From the IMG/VR virus record IMGVR_UViG_3300024346_000010: a DNA stretch of 64,000 bases; one strand, 5' to 3'. The stretch's first letter is position 1. Every line of letters begins with the position of its first letter. Position numbers and translations under genes: made by a program. Positions 1 through 8,755 of this stretch are shown here, piece after piece. Under the pieces are notes generated by a model. It was given only the letters and a program-made list of their open reading frames with translations. It ran no database searches and was not told the origin of the DNA. This DNA is from a virus.

Positions 1-2
1 TT

Positions 3-539
3 TGGCTGTATGGCATTACTGATACTACTGGATCAGTAACAAATTTTACCAATAATTTTCTTGCATATAATGCCCTTTCTGAAGAAGAAAAGAATTTCTA
101 TGGCGGATTAAGGGTTTCCCATTATAATACACGATACCAACAAGATAGCGATAGGAGCACTCATGCATGGCGCATCGAAGAAAATCTTATCATAAAAAAT
201 ATGGGTATATGGGACAATATTATCGTAGAAAACGATTTTGGGGATAAATCATTTTTCTTTTCCCCATTGCAAGTCGGTTGCATTGAAGGTATGAGCGAAG
301 AAAAATCTTTAGAAATCGCTGATGAGCTTTTACAATATCTGACTCAACCACAATTCGTGTATTCTCACCAATGGGAAGATGGAGATGTGGTTATTAGTGA
401 ACAAACGTTTAGCATGCATTCTAGAGACGCTTTTAATGATATGGAAAAACGATATTTACACCATATACAATTTAACGTAGAAAAAATTCTGCCAGATTTA
501 AAATATCCTGGCTACAACGATAGAGGGCATTTAGTATGA
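3..539 (+). CDS. TauD/TfdA-family 2OG-Fe(II) dioxygenase (5'-truncated by window)
   Basis: Frame open from nt 3 (GSVTNFTNNFLAYNALSEEEK); C-terminal YSHQWEDGDVVISEQTFSMHSR resembles the TauD HxW..GD.....H.R motif. Confidence 0.75.
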   Translation, partial: WLYGITDTTGSVTNFTNNFLAYNALSEEEKNFYGGLRVSHYNTRYQQDSDRSTHAWRIEENLIIKNMGIWDNIIVENDFGDKSFFFSPLQVGCIEGMSEEKSLEIADELLQYLTQPQFVYSHQWEDGDVVISEQTFSMHSRDAFNDMEKRYLHHIQFNVEKILPDLKYPGYNDRGHLV

Positions 540-838
540 GCGCATTTGATTTAGAAGGTAAACCGTTGCTTAATGAAAACGTAGATTATGAACTTGTTCC
601 CTCAGAAGGTGAAAATTGGGATATTCGTATTCTATCTGGAGCTTTTACTGAAACGATTCTCAAGTTCACTAAACTTAAAGTGTCAGATGATGAAGAATAT
701 ATGACATTTAACTTTGACGTCGTATCATCCCCTGACGATGAATTGAGTGATTCAAATACTGATTTACAAGACCATGCAAGTATGATATTAGATTCAATAT
801 TAGAGAATGCAGCGCGCGCGCTTGAAAATAAAAAATAA
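536..838 (+). CDS. acidic phage protein, possibly gp40-like head assembly chaperone
   Basis: 100 aa acidic ORF shortly upstream of gp41; function inferred from T4-like synteny only. Confidence 0.4.
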   Translation: MSAFDLEGKPLLNENVDYELVPSEGENWDIRILSGAFTETILKFTKLKVSDDEEYMTFNFDVVSSPDDELSDSNTDLQDHASMILDSILENAARALENKK

Positions 839-1257
839 TGAAAATCTTGATCTGCGGTCTACCAGGCAGTGGTAAGACCTATCTAGCCCAGCGACTACAG
901 AAACAGCTAGAGTGTGCGTGGTACAACGCAGACAGTATTCGTAACATGGCGAACGACTGGGACTTCAGTGGTCCTGGTCGCCGCCGGCAGGCGGAACGTA
1001 TGAACACCTTCGCTAACTTCGAACACAAGCGGGGGCGAACAGTTATCTGTGACTTCGTGTGCCCTACGTGTGAAACCCGTAAAGAGTTTGACGCGGATAT
1101 TACTATTTGGATGGACACTATTACCACCGGGCGATTTGAAGACACAAACAAGATCTTCGAGAATCCCAAGGACTGGGATATTCGCGTGGATAAGTTTGAA
1201 ACAGAAGAAGCGATCGAAGAAATAGCAAGAGTGCTAAAGGAAGAATATAATGTTTGA
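838..1257 (+). CDS. adenylylsulfate (APS) kinase-like P-loop kinase
   Basis: GLPGSGKT P-loop; NADSIR..DWDFS..GRRRQ pattern like CysC. Confidence 0.7.
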   Translation: MKILICGLPGSGKTYLAQRLQKQLECAWYNADSIRNMANDWDFSGPGRRRQAERMNTFANFEHKRGRTVICDFVCPTCETRKEFDADITIWMDTITTGRFEDTNKIFENPKDWDIRVDKFETEEAIEEIARVLKEEYNV

Positions 1258-1660
1258 TTGGAAGAAGCCCACAGCAGAAATGCTTGGTCGTTGGCAGCCA
1301 TGGCATGACGGGCACACCGAGCTATTTAAGAAAGCGCATGCAGATGTAGGCCAAGTGGTTATTATGGTACGTGACGTCGAAGGCATTGTTGGTGAAGATG
1401 CCGGAGGTGGACGTACTGCAACCCAAGATGATAATCCATTTTATTACGATTATGTTTGTGATGCTATTGAAGATGGATTGCGAGAAGAGGGGTTTACACC
1501 GGGCTCTGAATATGTTATTATGAAAGTACCAAACATCGTAGACATTAGCTACGGTCGAGGTGTTGGTTACACATTCACGCAACACGATCTTGGAGAAGAG
1601 ACACATAGTATCTCAGCAACTAAGATCCGTGCTGCAATGCGAGAAAAGGGTGAACTTTGA
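1250..1660 (+). CDS. HxGH nucleotidyltransferase (cytidylyltransferase-like)
   Basis: GRWQPWHDGH motif and C-terminal ISATKIR. Confidence 0.75.
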   Translation: MFDWKKPTAEMLGRWQPWHDGHTELFKKAHADVGQVVIMVRDVEGIVGEDAGGGRTATQDDNPFYYDYVCDAIEDGLREEGFTPGSEYVIMKVPNIVDISYGRGVGYTFTQHDLGEETHSISATKIRAAMREKGEL

Positions 1661-3033
1661 TTAATGCAAACATAGAACAAACTGTTCTAAGAAACCTATT
1701 GGTGAATGATGAGTATATGAGGCGTGTACTCCCTTTCATCCAACCCGAATATTTTGAAGGAGTATATCAACAACTATTTCGTGAAGTAGCCAAGTTTGTT
1801 GCCAAGTATAATAAACTGCCTACAGCTGAAGCATTTAAGATTGAACTTGATGATAATCAAACTATGTCTGATGAGCACTATCGTCATGCAGTAGAAATCA
1901 TCCCAGAAATCTTTAAGATTGAAGATATTGATGATGAATGGCTTTATAATAAAACAGAGAAGTGGTGTCAAGATCGTGCACTATTCAATGCTGTTATGGA
2001 GTCTATTAGCATTATTGATGGTAAGCATAAGACCCTCACAAAAAATGCTTTGCCTGATATCCTACAAAAAGCTTTGGCGGTTACATTTGATACAAATATT
2101 GGTCATGACTATCTTGAGAATGTTAATGAACGATATGAATTTTATCATTCACAGGAAGAAAAGATCCCATTTGATATCGAATATTTCAATCTAATTACTA
2201 AAGGCGGCCTTGCTAATAAATCACTGAACATTGCTCTTGCTGGCACTGGCGTAGGTAAGTCTCTGTTTATGTGCCATGTTGCAGCTGCAGCCTTGAATGA
2301 AGGCAGAAATGTTCTATATATATCCATGGAGATGAGTGAAGAACGTGTAGCTGAACGTATCGACGCCAACTTGCTTGACATTCCTATCGAACAAATTGAT
2401 AGTATGGATGAGCAGATGTTTAAAGATCGTGTAAACAGTCTTAAGACTAAAACTAATGGTAAACTTATTGTTAAAGAGTATCCAACCGGTTCGGCTAATG
2501 CTAATCACTTCAGAGCATTGTTGAATGAATTGAAACTTAAAAAAGCCTTTGTTCCAGATATTATCTTTGTAGATTATCTTAATATCTGTGCATCAGCAAG
2601 AATGAAAATGGGAGGATCAGTAAACAGCTATGCATACATTAAAGCCATTGCTGAAGAACTACGTGGCCTTGCCGTCGAATTCGACTTACCGATCGTCTCT
2701 GCAACCCAAACGACTCGTACTGGTTATTCTAGTTCGGATCCTGGGCTTGAAGATACCTCCGAGTCTTTTGGACTACCCGCTACCGCAGACCTAATGTTCG
2801 CTTTGGTATCCAGCGAAGAGTTAGATGCACAAGGCCAGATTATGGTCAAACAATTGAAGAATAGATACAACGACCCAAATAAAAACAAACGCTTTGTTGT
2901 TGGTATTGATAGATCTAAGATGAGATTGTTTGATGCTGATGATACTAGCCAAAACTTAATGAAAGACACACCAATGTTTGATCGAACCAATCAGGGTGAA
3001 GATCAGAAAAAATTTGAAGACTTTAAATTCTAG
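1657..3033 (+). CDS. 41: T4 gp41-like replicative DNA helicase
   Basis: AGTGVGKS Walker A, SMEM, VDYLNI, SATQTTR, ESFGLPATAD, KNRY motifs. Confidence 0.97.
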   Translation: MINANIEQTVLRNLLVNDEYMRRVLPFIQPEYFEGVYQQLFREVAKFVAKYNKLPTAEAFKIELDDNQTMSDEHYRHAVEIIPEIFKIEDIDDEWLYNKTEKWCQDRALFNAVMESISIIDGKHKTLTKNALPDILQKALAVTFDTNIGHDYLENVNERYEFYHSQEEKIPFDIEYFNLITKGGLANKSLNIALAGTGVGKSLFMCHVAAAALNEGRNVLYISMEMSEERVAERIDANLLDIPIEQIDSMDEQMFKDRVNSLKTKTNGKLIVKEYPTGSANANHFRALLNELKLKKAFVPDIIFVDYLNICASARMKMGGSVNSYAYIKAIAEELRGLAVEFDLPIVSATQTTRTGYSSSDPGLEDTSESFGLPATADLMFALVSSEELDAQGQIMVKQLKNRYNDPNKNKRFVVGIDRSKMRLFDADDTSQNLMKDTPMFDRTNQGEDQKKFEDFKF

Positions 3034-3042
3034 GAGAATATT

Positions 3043-3327
3043 ATGGGAAAGAAAAGACAGAGCACTGGCAACGTATCAAAGGGTGAGCGTCGTTCATCCA
3101 TTGGATACGGCAGTCAAGGCGTAACAAACGCAGACAAAATGCTTCGGAAGCTCGATGCACTTGCAAAGGGTAAAGATATTACTATTACCCTCGAAAATCC
3201 TAACAAAGAGGAAACCAATCGTAGGTTTATTAAATATAAAGTTAGCGGTAAGGCCTATGTGAAATACATTCAAGGCGGGTCTGAAATGAAAGGCGCTCGT
3301 AATCCTCTTCTTTCGCTGGGAGAATAA
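3043..3327 (+). CDS. hypothetical basic protein
   Basis: SD aggag; fills gap between gp41 and thyX. Confidence 0.7.
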   Translation: MGKKRQSTGNVSKGERRSSIGYGSQGVTNADKMLRKLDALAKGKDITITLENPNKEETNRRFIKYKVSGKAYVKYIQGGSEMKGARNPLLSLGE

Positions 3328-3328
3328 T

Positions 3329-4021
3329 ATGAAATTTGCAAATGAGGCTATGAAAGCCTATTTGGTTGTGCAACCAGCACCAGCAGAAGAATTTAAGGAG
3401 CACTTCAATGACGCACTCGAGCTTATTGCCTACTGTGCCAGAGTATCTAACCCAGCTAACCAGTTCAACAAAGACACCGGAGAAAGACTTGTCCGATATC
3501 TCGTCAAGCACAAACACTGGTCACCACTCGAAATGTGCAACGCCACAATCGGGATCGACACAACGCGGGACATCGCGCGGCAAATCCTCCGACACAGAAG
3601 CTTCTACTTTCAGGAATTTAGCCAGCGCTACGCCGATCCTAACGACCTTGATGTTTCCTTTGTTCTAAGAGAAGCGCGTCTACAAGATCCGAAGAATCGT
3701 CAGAATAGTATTGAAAGTGACGATCTTGAATTGCAAAAAGCTTGGGTAATGAAACAAACCCAGATTATTCATGAAGCAAAACTAGCGTATCAATGGGCAA
3801 TTATGAATGGTATTGCAAAAGAACAGGCACGTTGTGTTCTTCCTGAAGGCAATACTGTAAGCAAGGTGTATATGAATGGAACACTTCGTTCTTGGGTTCA
3901 TTACATTGAACTACGCTCAGGTAACGGAACACAGAAAGAACACATTGAAGTTGCGCGTGAAGTTGCTAAGGCAATCGCTAAGATCTTCCCAATGGTAGAG
4001 GAATTTGTACATGATGAATAG
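3329..4021 (+). CDS. thyX: flavin-dependent thymidylate synthase ThyX
   Basis: HWSPLE, RHRSFYFQEFSQRY, ARCVLP, LR motifs. Confidence 0.97.
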   Translation: MKFANEAMKAYLVVQPAPAEEFKEHFNDALELIAYCARVSNPANQFNKDTGERLVRYLVKHKHWSPLEMCNATIGIDTTRDIARQILRHRSFYFQEFSQRYADPNDLDVSFVLREARLQDPKNRQNSIESDDLELQKAWVMKQTQIIHEAKLAYQWAIMNGIAKEQARCVLPEGNTVSKVYMNGTLRSWVHYIELRSGNGTQKEHIEVAREVAKAIAKIFPMVEEFVHDE

Positions 4022-4223
4022 AAAAATCTCAACGTATTATGCTGATCCTCCTGGCCGAGGTCATTGTGAAGTCCATATGGATTTAAAAGAAGAAATGACC
4101 TATATCAAGTACTTTGATGATAACGGTAGAATGTTTTTTACAGAGGATTTCCCTAACAAATCTTTGCGGTATGTCGAGGATGCTGCAGAGAACTGGGCCC
4201 TTGGCATAAAAAAACTAGATTAA
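4005..4223 (+). CDS. hypothetical protein
   Basis: ORF coupled to thyX end; start probably 4011 or 4014. Confidence 0.65.
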   Translation: MYMMNRKISTYYADPPGRGHCEVHMDLKEEMTYIKYFDDNGRMFFTEDFPNKSLRYVEDAAENWALGIKKLD

Positions 4224-4300
4224 GCGAAAATAGTTGTTTACACTCCTTTTCATATATGGTATAACAGTTGTAATAATGTAATAATTAATGAGGCAGAACA

Positions 4301-4768
4301 ATGAAAATCACTAACGCACTATCATTTATGATGACAGTAGCTATAGTAGTTGGTTTTATTATAGGCTGTACATCAGAAGAAGCAAAGGCCAAGGCAGTAA
4401 AGGATAAAACCTGCCTCGCGCTTAACATCTACCACGAAGCACGTGGTGAACCAATTGCTGGCCAAATCGCAGTTGCACAGGTTACGATGAACCGTGTAGC
4501 GCATAAAAGCTGGCCAAATAATGTATGTAAAGTAGTATATCAGCGTAAGCAATTTAGCTGGACCCATACGATTAAAGACCATACTCCAAAAGAAACCGAG
4601 CAGTGGGAAATTGCCAAAGATATTGCTGAAAGGGTATATAAAAATGAAGAAGATGACTTTGTACACGGTGCAGTGTTTTACCACGCTGACTACGTAAATC
4701 CTTCGTGGGCAAATGCTTATACTGAAGTAACTAAAATTGGCGCTCACATTTTTTATAAGAAAGACTAA
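4301..4768 (+). CDS. SleB/Hydrolase_2 cell wall hydrolase
   Basis: CLALNIYHEARGE..GQIAVAQVTMNRV, QFSW, FYHADYV.P.W, IGAHIFY; N-terminal signal/TM. Confidence 0.93.
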   Translation: MKITNALSFMMTVAIVVGFIIGCTSEEAKAKAVKDKTCLALNIYHEARGEPIAGQIAVAQVTMNRVAHKSWPNNVCKVVYQRKQFSWTHTIKDHTPKETEQWEIAKDIAERVYKNEEDDFVHGAVFYHADYVNPSWANAYTEVTKIGAHIFYKKD

Positions 4769-4770
4769 TA

Positions 4771-5304
4771 ATGAAACTATTGATTGTCGGACATGCTCGA
4801 CACGGTAAAGATACTGTAGCAGAATACTTTGAATCAAAATACGGATTGCAGTTTGCATCTTCAAGTATGCATAATGCAGAGCATACTGTATTTCCTGTAT
4901 TGGCACCACTATATGGTTATAAGACTGTACAAGAATGTTTTGAAGATCGTGGTAACCATAGATCAGAATGGTATGATCTTATTGCTGCACGCTGTAAAGA
5001 CGATCCTGCTACCATTGGCCGTGAGATCTTTGAGATTTCTGACATCTATGCAGGTCTTCGTAATAAACGTGAATTCCATGGTATCAAGAATGCTGGCTTG
5101 ATTGATTGTGCTATTTGGGTAGATCGCTCAGACCATCTTCCACCTGAAGATAAGTCGTCTATGAGTCTAGAACCATGGATGACTGATTATGTTATTGATA
5201 ATAATGGCACTCTAGAACAATTGTATCAAGCCATTGATGCTTTGTATTACACTCTAGCCTATCGTTTTGACGGCTTAGGTCATGAATATGAAATGTATCC
5301 TTAA
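4771..5304 (+). CDS. deoxynucleoside monophosphate kinase-like (T4 gp1-like)
   Basis: GHARHGKDT P-loop; C-terminal DYVIDNNGTLEQL. Confidence 0.75.
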   Translation: MKLLIVGHARHGKDTVAEYFESKYGLQFASSSMHNAEHTVFPVLAPLYGYKTVQECFEDRGNHRSEWYDLIAARCKDDPATIGREIFEISDIYAGLRNKREFHGIKNAGLIDCAIWVDRSDHLPPEDKSSMSLEPWMTDYVIDNNGTLEQLYQAIDALYYTLAYRFDGLGHEYEMYP

Positions 5305-5536
5305 AAAAGCTATTAATTGGTGGCGGATGACTGACCACAAGAATAAGATGGAACAGCGTCAAAAAGAGGTAGAATCTATCTATGAAAAAACCAATAATAT
5401 ACGGAAAAGAATCTCCGCTCTTAGAAGCAGCCATGGATGGGATAAGAAACCCACTGAAGCTGTACCGGTACCGGAATCCAAACCGTACGTCAAACCCGGA
5501 CTCGAGGATATCAAAGCAAAGCTTCGTAAAAAGTGA
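5282..5536 (+). CDS. hypothetical protein
   Basis: ORF track; sense orientation. Confidence 0.55.
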   Translation: MNMKCILKKAINWWRMTDHKNKMEQRQKEVESIYEKTNNIRKRISALRSSHGWDKKPTEAVPVPESKPYVKPGLEDIKAKLRKK

Positions 5537-5604
5537 TTTAAAAGTCACAGTATTAAAACTATAATATAGGGGTTTACTTAATCCATCCTTTATGTTAATA
5601 TATA

Positions 5605-5995
5605 ACCTGTAAACGTTGAAGCAACGTGGACACATTCTGGACCTGGGGGCGGTACCCAGCGACTCCACCATAAGGATACACAATGAAACAATATTCAAAA
5701 GAATATTTAGAGTTTGAACTGAAACACACTAAAGAGTTGGTAGAACTTCATCATAACACAAGAGATGAAGAATTGAGACTTCAAATTTTAGAAGTTAGAA
5801 AAACTCTTGAGCGTATCTTTTTGATGGGGTCGAAATTAGGATCGACAGGTGTGAAAGTGAAAGTGGAGTTTACCGGATGACTGCGTTATTGGTCAATTAA
5901 ACTAAATGCAAATGAAAATTTCGCACCTACAGGTTACGCCCTAGCGGCATAATGCTGGTGGGTATGAGCACCACCTAGAAACAGAACGGACTCGC
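5605..5995 (+). ncRNA. ssrA: circularly permuted (two-piece) tmRNA, alphaproteobacterial type
   Basis: Acceptor piece ends CTGGG-GGCGGTA-CCCAG-CGACTCC-A-CCA at 5670; coding piece starts GGGGTCG at 5826 (7-bp acceptor stem with G3:U70); tag ANENFAPTGYALAA* at 5908-5952. Outer ends approximate. Confidence 0.93.
5683..5880 (+). CDS. small ORF starting in the tmRNA intervening segment and running into the tmRNA 5' end
   Basis: SD AAGGA at 5672, ATG at 5683, 65 codons. Confidence 0.55.
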   Translation: MKQYSKEYLEFELKHTKELVELHHNTRDEELRLQILEVRKTLERIFLMGSKLGSTGVKVKVEFTG

Positions 5996-6022
5996 AACAA
6001 CTTTAATTTTATAGGACTAAAA

Positions 6023-6358
6023 ATGAAAAATATTCTCTTGGCAACAGCCGCAACATTCGCTCTTACAACTTCTGCATTTGCAGCTGATCTAGGCTATGCC
6101 GGTGACGTTGAATATGATATTGAAACAGAAACAGCTGCACTTGAATTTGGACCAGCACTTTCAATGGCCGGTTTCCTAGTTGAACCAAAAATGCACGCAG
6201 GTGCTACATTTACAGACGGCGCAACAGTAAACTTTACTGGTGTATCTGCAAAAGCAACATACGGCGTAACTGCTAATGTTTCTGTATATGGTACAGTATC
6301 AGCTGACAAAGACTTTAAATACGACACAGCAACAGTTGGTGTTGGCTTTAACTTCTAA
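6023..6358 (+). CDS. small outer-membrane beta-barrel/porin-like protein
   Basis: Signal peptide (AFA), alternating beta-strand pattern, C-terminal VGVGFNF resembling a BAM beta-signal. Confidence 0.7.
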   Translation: MKNILLATAATFALTTSAFAADLGYAGDVEYDIETETAALEFGPALSMAGFLVEPKMHAGATFTDGATVNFTGVSAKATYGVTANVSVYGTVSADKDFKYDTATVGVGFNF

Positions 6359-6401
6359 TAACTGCCTTTGGCACAGGGATAGGCTATACGCCATCCGAAT
6401 T

Positions 6402-6432
6402 AAAAGAGCGTCCTTGTGGCGCTCTTTTTTTA
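6402..6432 (+). terminator. intrinsic terminator
   Basis: AAAGAGCGTC-CTTGT-GGCGCTCTTT followed by T-run. Confidence 0.8.
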
Positions 6433-6469
6433 CATAAATATGAATGTTATTATATTATAGGACTATGCT

Positions 6470-7027
6470 ATGTTTAAAAAATTACTAATTGCAGTGCCAT
6501 TGATTCTTGCTTACTCTTTAGCAGTTGCTGAACCAATTGTTACTGAATCCACAACTGATAGTACTGTTACTTCGAATTCGAATTCAACTACAACTGTCAA
6601 AACTGCACCACCATCAGCAATTTCACCTTCGATCAATACATCGAATAGTGACACATGTACGATCGGTGTTTCAGGCGCGGTTCAAACACAAATTCTTGGT
6701 ATCTCTGCTGGTAAAACAGTTCGTGATATGAATTGTGAACGACTCAAAAATGCAAAAACTTTATATGACATGGGCATGAAAGTTGCTGCCGTGTCTGTTA
6801 TGTGTCAAGATTCTAGAATCTTTGATGCTATGATGGATGCTGGCACACCTTGCCCATATGATGGAATGATTGGCGATGCTGCTAAGGAAGCTTGGAAACT
6901 AGATGAGGGTAAACAACCATCAAATGTAAAACGAAGCACTATTCTGAAAGATATGGATGAAGATGATAAAAGCACTCTTAAAGGTGCCGCTGGTGTTGGT
7001 GGCCTCTTACTCTTATTGCTACTCTGA
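6470..7027 (+). CDS. secreted Cys-containing protein with C-terminal hydrophobic tail
   Basis: Signal peptide, Ser/Thr linker, 4 Cys, GGLLLLLLL C-terminus; preceded by late-like CATAAATA (6434). Confidence 0.75.
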   Translation: MFKKLLIAVPLILAYSLAVAEPIVTESTTDSTVTSNSNSTTTVKTAPPSAISPSINTSNSDTCTIGVSGAVQTQILGISAGKTVRDMNCERLKNAKTLYDMGMKVAAVSVMCQDSRIFDAMMDAGTPCPYDGMIGDAAKEAWKLDEGKQPSNVKRSTILKDMDEDDKSTLKGAAGVGGLLLLLLL

Positions 7028-7850
7028 AGTCATAACCGGACAAACCAATAACGCTACTAGCAATGGTTACAGTTGGAATATGGCTGATATATTACCGCCC
7101 GAGGCTGGTATAGAGGTTAGTGGTGTATTTCATCGTTATACTATAACGAAAGATCCATCTACTGATGCCACTGTTGTTATTCGTAATGAAGACGCAATAA
7201 ATGGTGGTTATGTATACGAGAGAAACGATAGCTGGGATCAGTTACCCGGAAATACTAAAGTTGGATTTGATCCGATGATTACTAACATTCCAGGTAATAG
7301 ATGGGGGCCTGGGGAAATATTTGTGAATGGTGATGGCACAATTAGTGATGCCAATATATCATACACATATCAGTTTGATACTTGTTACAATCCTTTATTA
7401 GATCCAAGCTGTGATGGATATTTTGATTCTATGTATCAATATTTGTTAGATAATGGGCTTTTAGGCACTATTGATTATGATGATCCATATTATGATGAAT
7501 TCGTACAAAGATATTTAGAAGAAAATGCAGAAACCGACCTTGAAGAAACTGAAATTCAAGAAGAAGTGATTACCGAAGAAGAAGAAACTGAAGAAAGATC
7601 GTTGGAAGAGGTGTTAGCTATTACAGGCGCTGCAGAATCGATCGGCGATGCAGCTCAGCAACAAGCTGCTATGGCACAATTAACTAATAGTATTCAATTT
7701 ACTCCTTATTATAGCGTCACTATTCAAGGAGGAAAATACGAAGATTCTTTATCATTTGAAGATAAAGATATTCCCGACAACAGAAAAGCATTGAGCAATT
7801 TGGCAAGTCAACAATTGCATAGGGATATGGTTCGTTTACAATATGATTAA
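6957..7850 (+). CDS. secreted acidic protein
   Basis: Signal-like N-terminus, beta-rich domain, Glu-rich linker. Confidence 0.7.
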   Translation: MKMIKALLKVPLVLVASYSYCYSEVITGQTNNATSNGYSWNMADILPPEAGIEVSGVFHRYTITKDPSTDATVVIRNEDAINGGYVYERNDSWDQLPGNTKVGFDPMITNIPGNRWGPGEIFVNGDGTISDANISYTYQFDTCYNPLLDPSCDGYFDSMYQYLLDNGLLGTIDYDDPYYDEFVQRYLEENAETDLEETEIQEEVITEEEETEERSLEEVLAITGAAESIGDAAQQQAAMAQLTNSIQFTPYYSVTIQGGKYEDSLSFEDKDIPDNRKALSNLASQQLHRDMVRLQYD

Positions 7851-7875
7851 TAAGATAAACAATCGGAGAACTAAA

Positions 7876-8373
7876 ATGTTCAATACAAAAACACTTACAG
7901 TGGCGTTTTCGCTATTAGCATCTGCAAGCTTTGCAAATGTTAATATTACGGGCACAGTTCAGTCTAAATGTTCTGTTCATACTGAAACTCAGGGCGTATA
8001 TGGTAACCCTACCGCCGACAAACTAAGCACTGCATCTGCAGATGGCGGCGTTGTTCCTCGTATTCGCTACGATGTTTCATTAGCTGATAGCTATATCGCA
8101 AAAATCTCGTACCCGACATCATTCTCATCATCACCAACTTTGAATGATGTTGTTAACTGGACTGGTACTGTTGCGGTAGATAAAGTTACAGATCCATTAA
8201 TGTCAGCATATGAAACAAATAAAGTCGTATACGATAGCACAACCGAATACGATATGACAATTGCCGGTAGCACATGGTTCACTATTGAATCCTCTGCCGA
8301 ATACGGATATAATCAGGCTCTTCCAGGCGGTAACTATACTGCTATCGTAGAAGCCGAATGTATCGCAAAGTAA
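7876..8373 (+). CDS. fimbrial/pilin-subunit-like secreted protein
   Basis: SD GGAG; signal peptide ASFA; VNITGTVQSKC N-terminal strand, LPGGNYTA.V...C C-terminal strand as in chaperone-usher pilins. Confidence 0.5.
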   Translation: MFNTKTLTVAFSLLASASFANVNITGTVQSKCSVHTETQGVYGNPTADKLSTASADGGVVPRIRYDVSLADSYIAKISYPTSFSSSPTLNDVVNWTGTVAVDKVTDPLMSAYETNKVVYDSTTEYDMTIAGSTWFTIESSAEYGYNQALPGGNYTAIVEAECIAK

Positions 8374-8374
8374 T

Positions 8375-8746
8375 ATGAAGTATGTGATAGGGATATTGTT
8401 GGGGCTGTCTGGTGCAGCAAATGCTCATGAGATGGTTCCAGCTTATCCTACTATGAAACCGTCTTATATATCAGGCGTGTCAGTAACAAGTATGAAATTA
8501 TTTAATAGAAGAGATGATGTTAGATATTATGAGATTGGTGTGTTTACGAGTGAATGGAAGCCAATTGCGTTTGCTTCAGAAGAAAAGATTATAAAGTTAG
8601 AGTATTTAGGAAAAAAGACCTTTGAGGTTTATATCCGCAATAGTGATTTAGATGATGCTACCTATATTTGCACCTTATCTAAATTAGAAAAGGACAATGT
8701 TCGAACTACAGGAGTATCCTCTAAAATATGTTCGAAAATAAAGTGA
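8375..8746 (+). CDS. secreted protein, fimbrial-chaperone-like Ig fold (tentative)
   Basis: Signal peptide ANA; MKLFN...Y.I pattern; 2 Cys. Confidence 0.4.
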   Translation: MKYVIGILLGLSGAANAHEMVPAYPTMKPSYISGVSVTSMKLFNRRDDVRYYEIGVFTSEWKPIAFASEEKIIKLEYLGKKTFEVYIRNSDLDDATYICTLSKLEKDNVRTTGVSSKICSKIK

Positions 8747-8755
8747 GGCAAAAAT

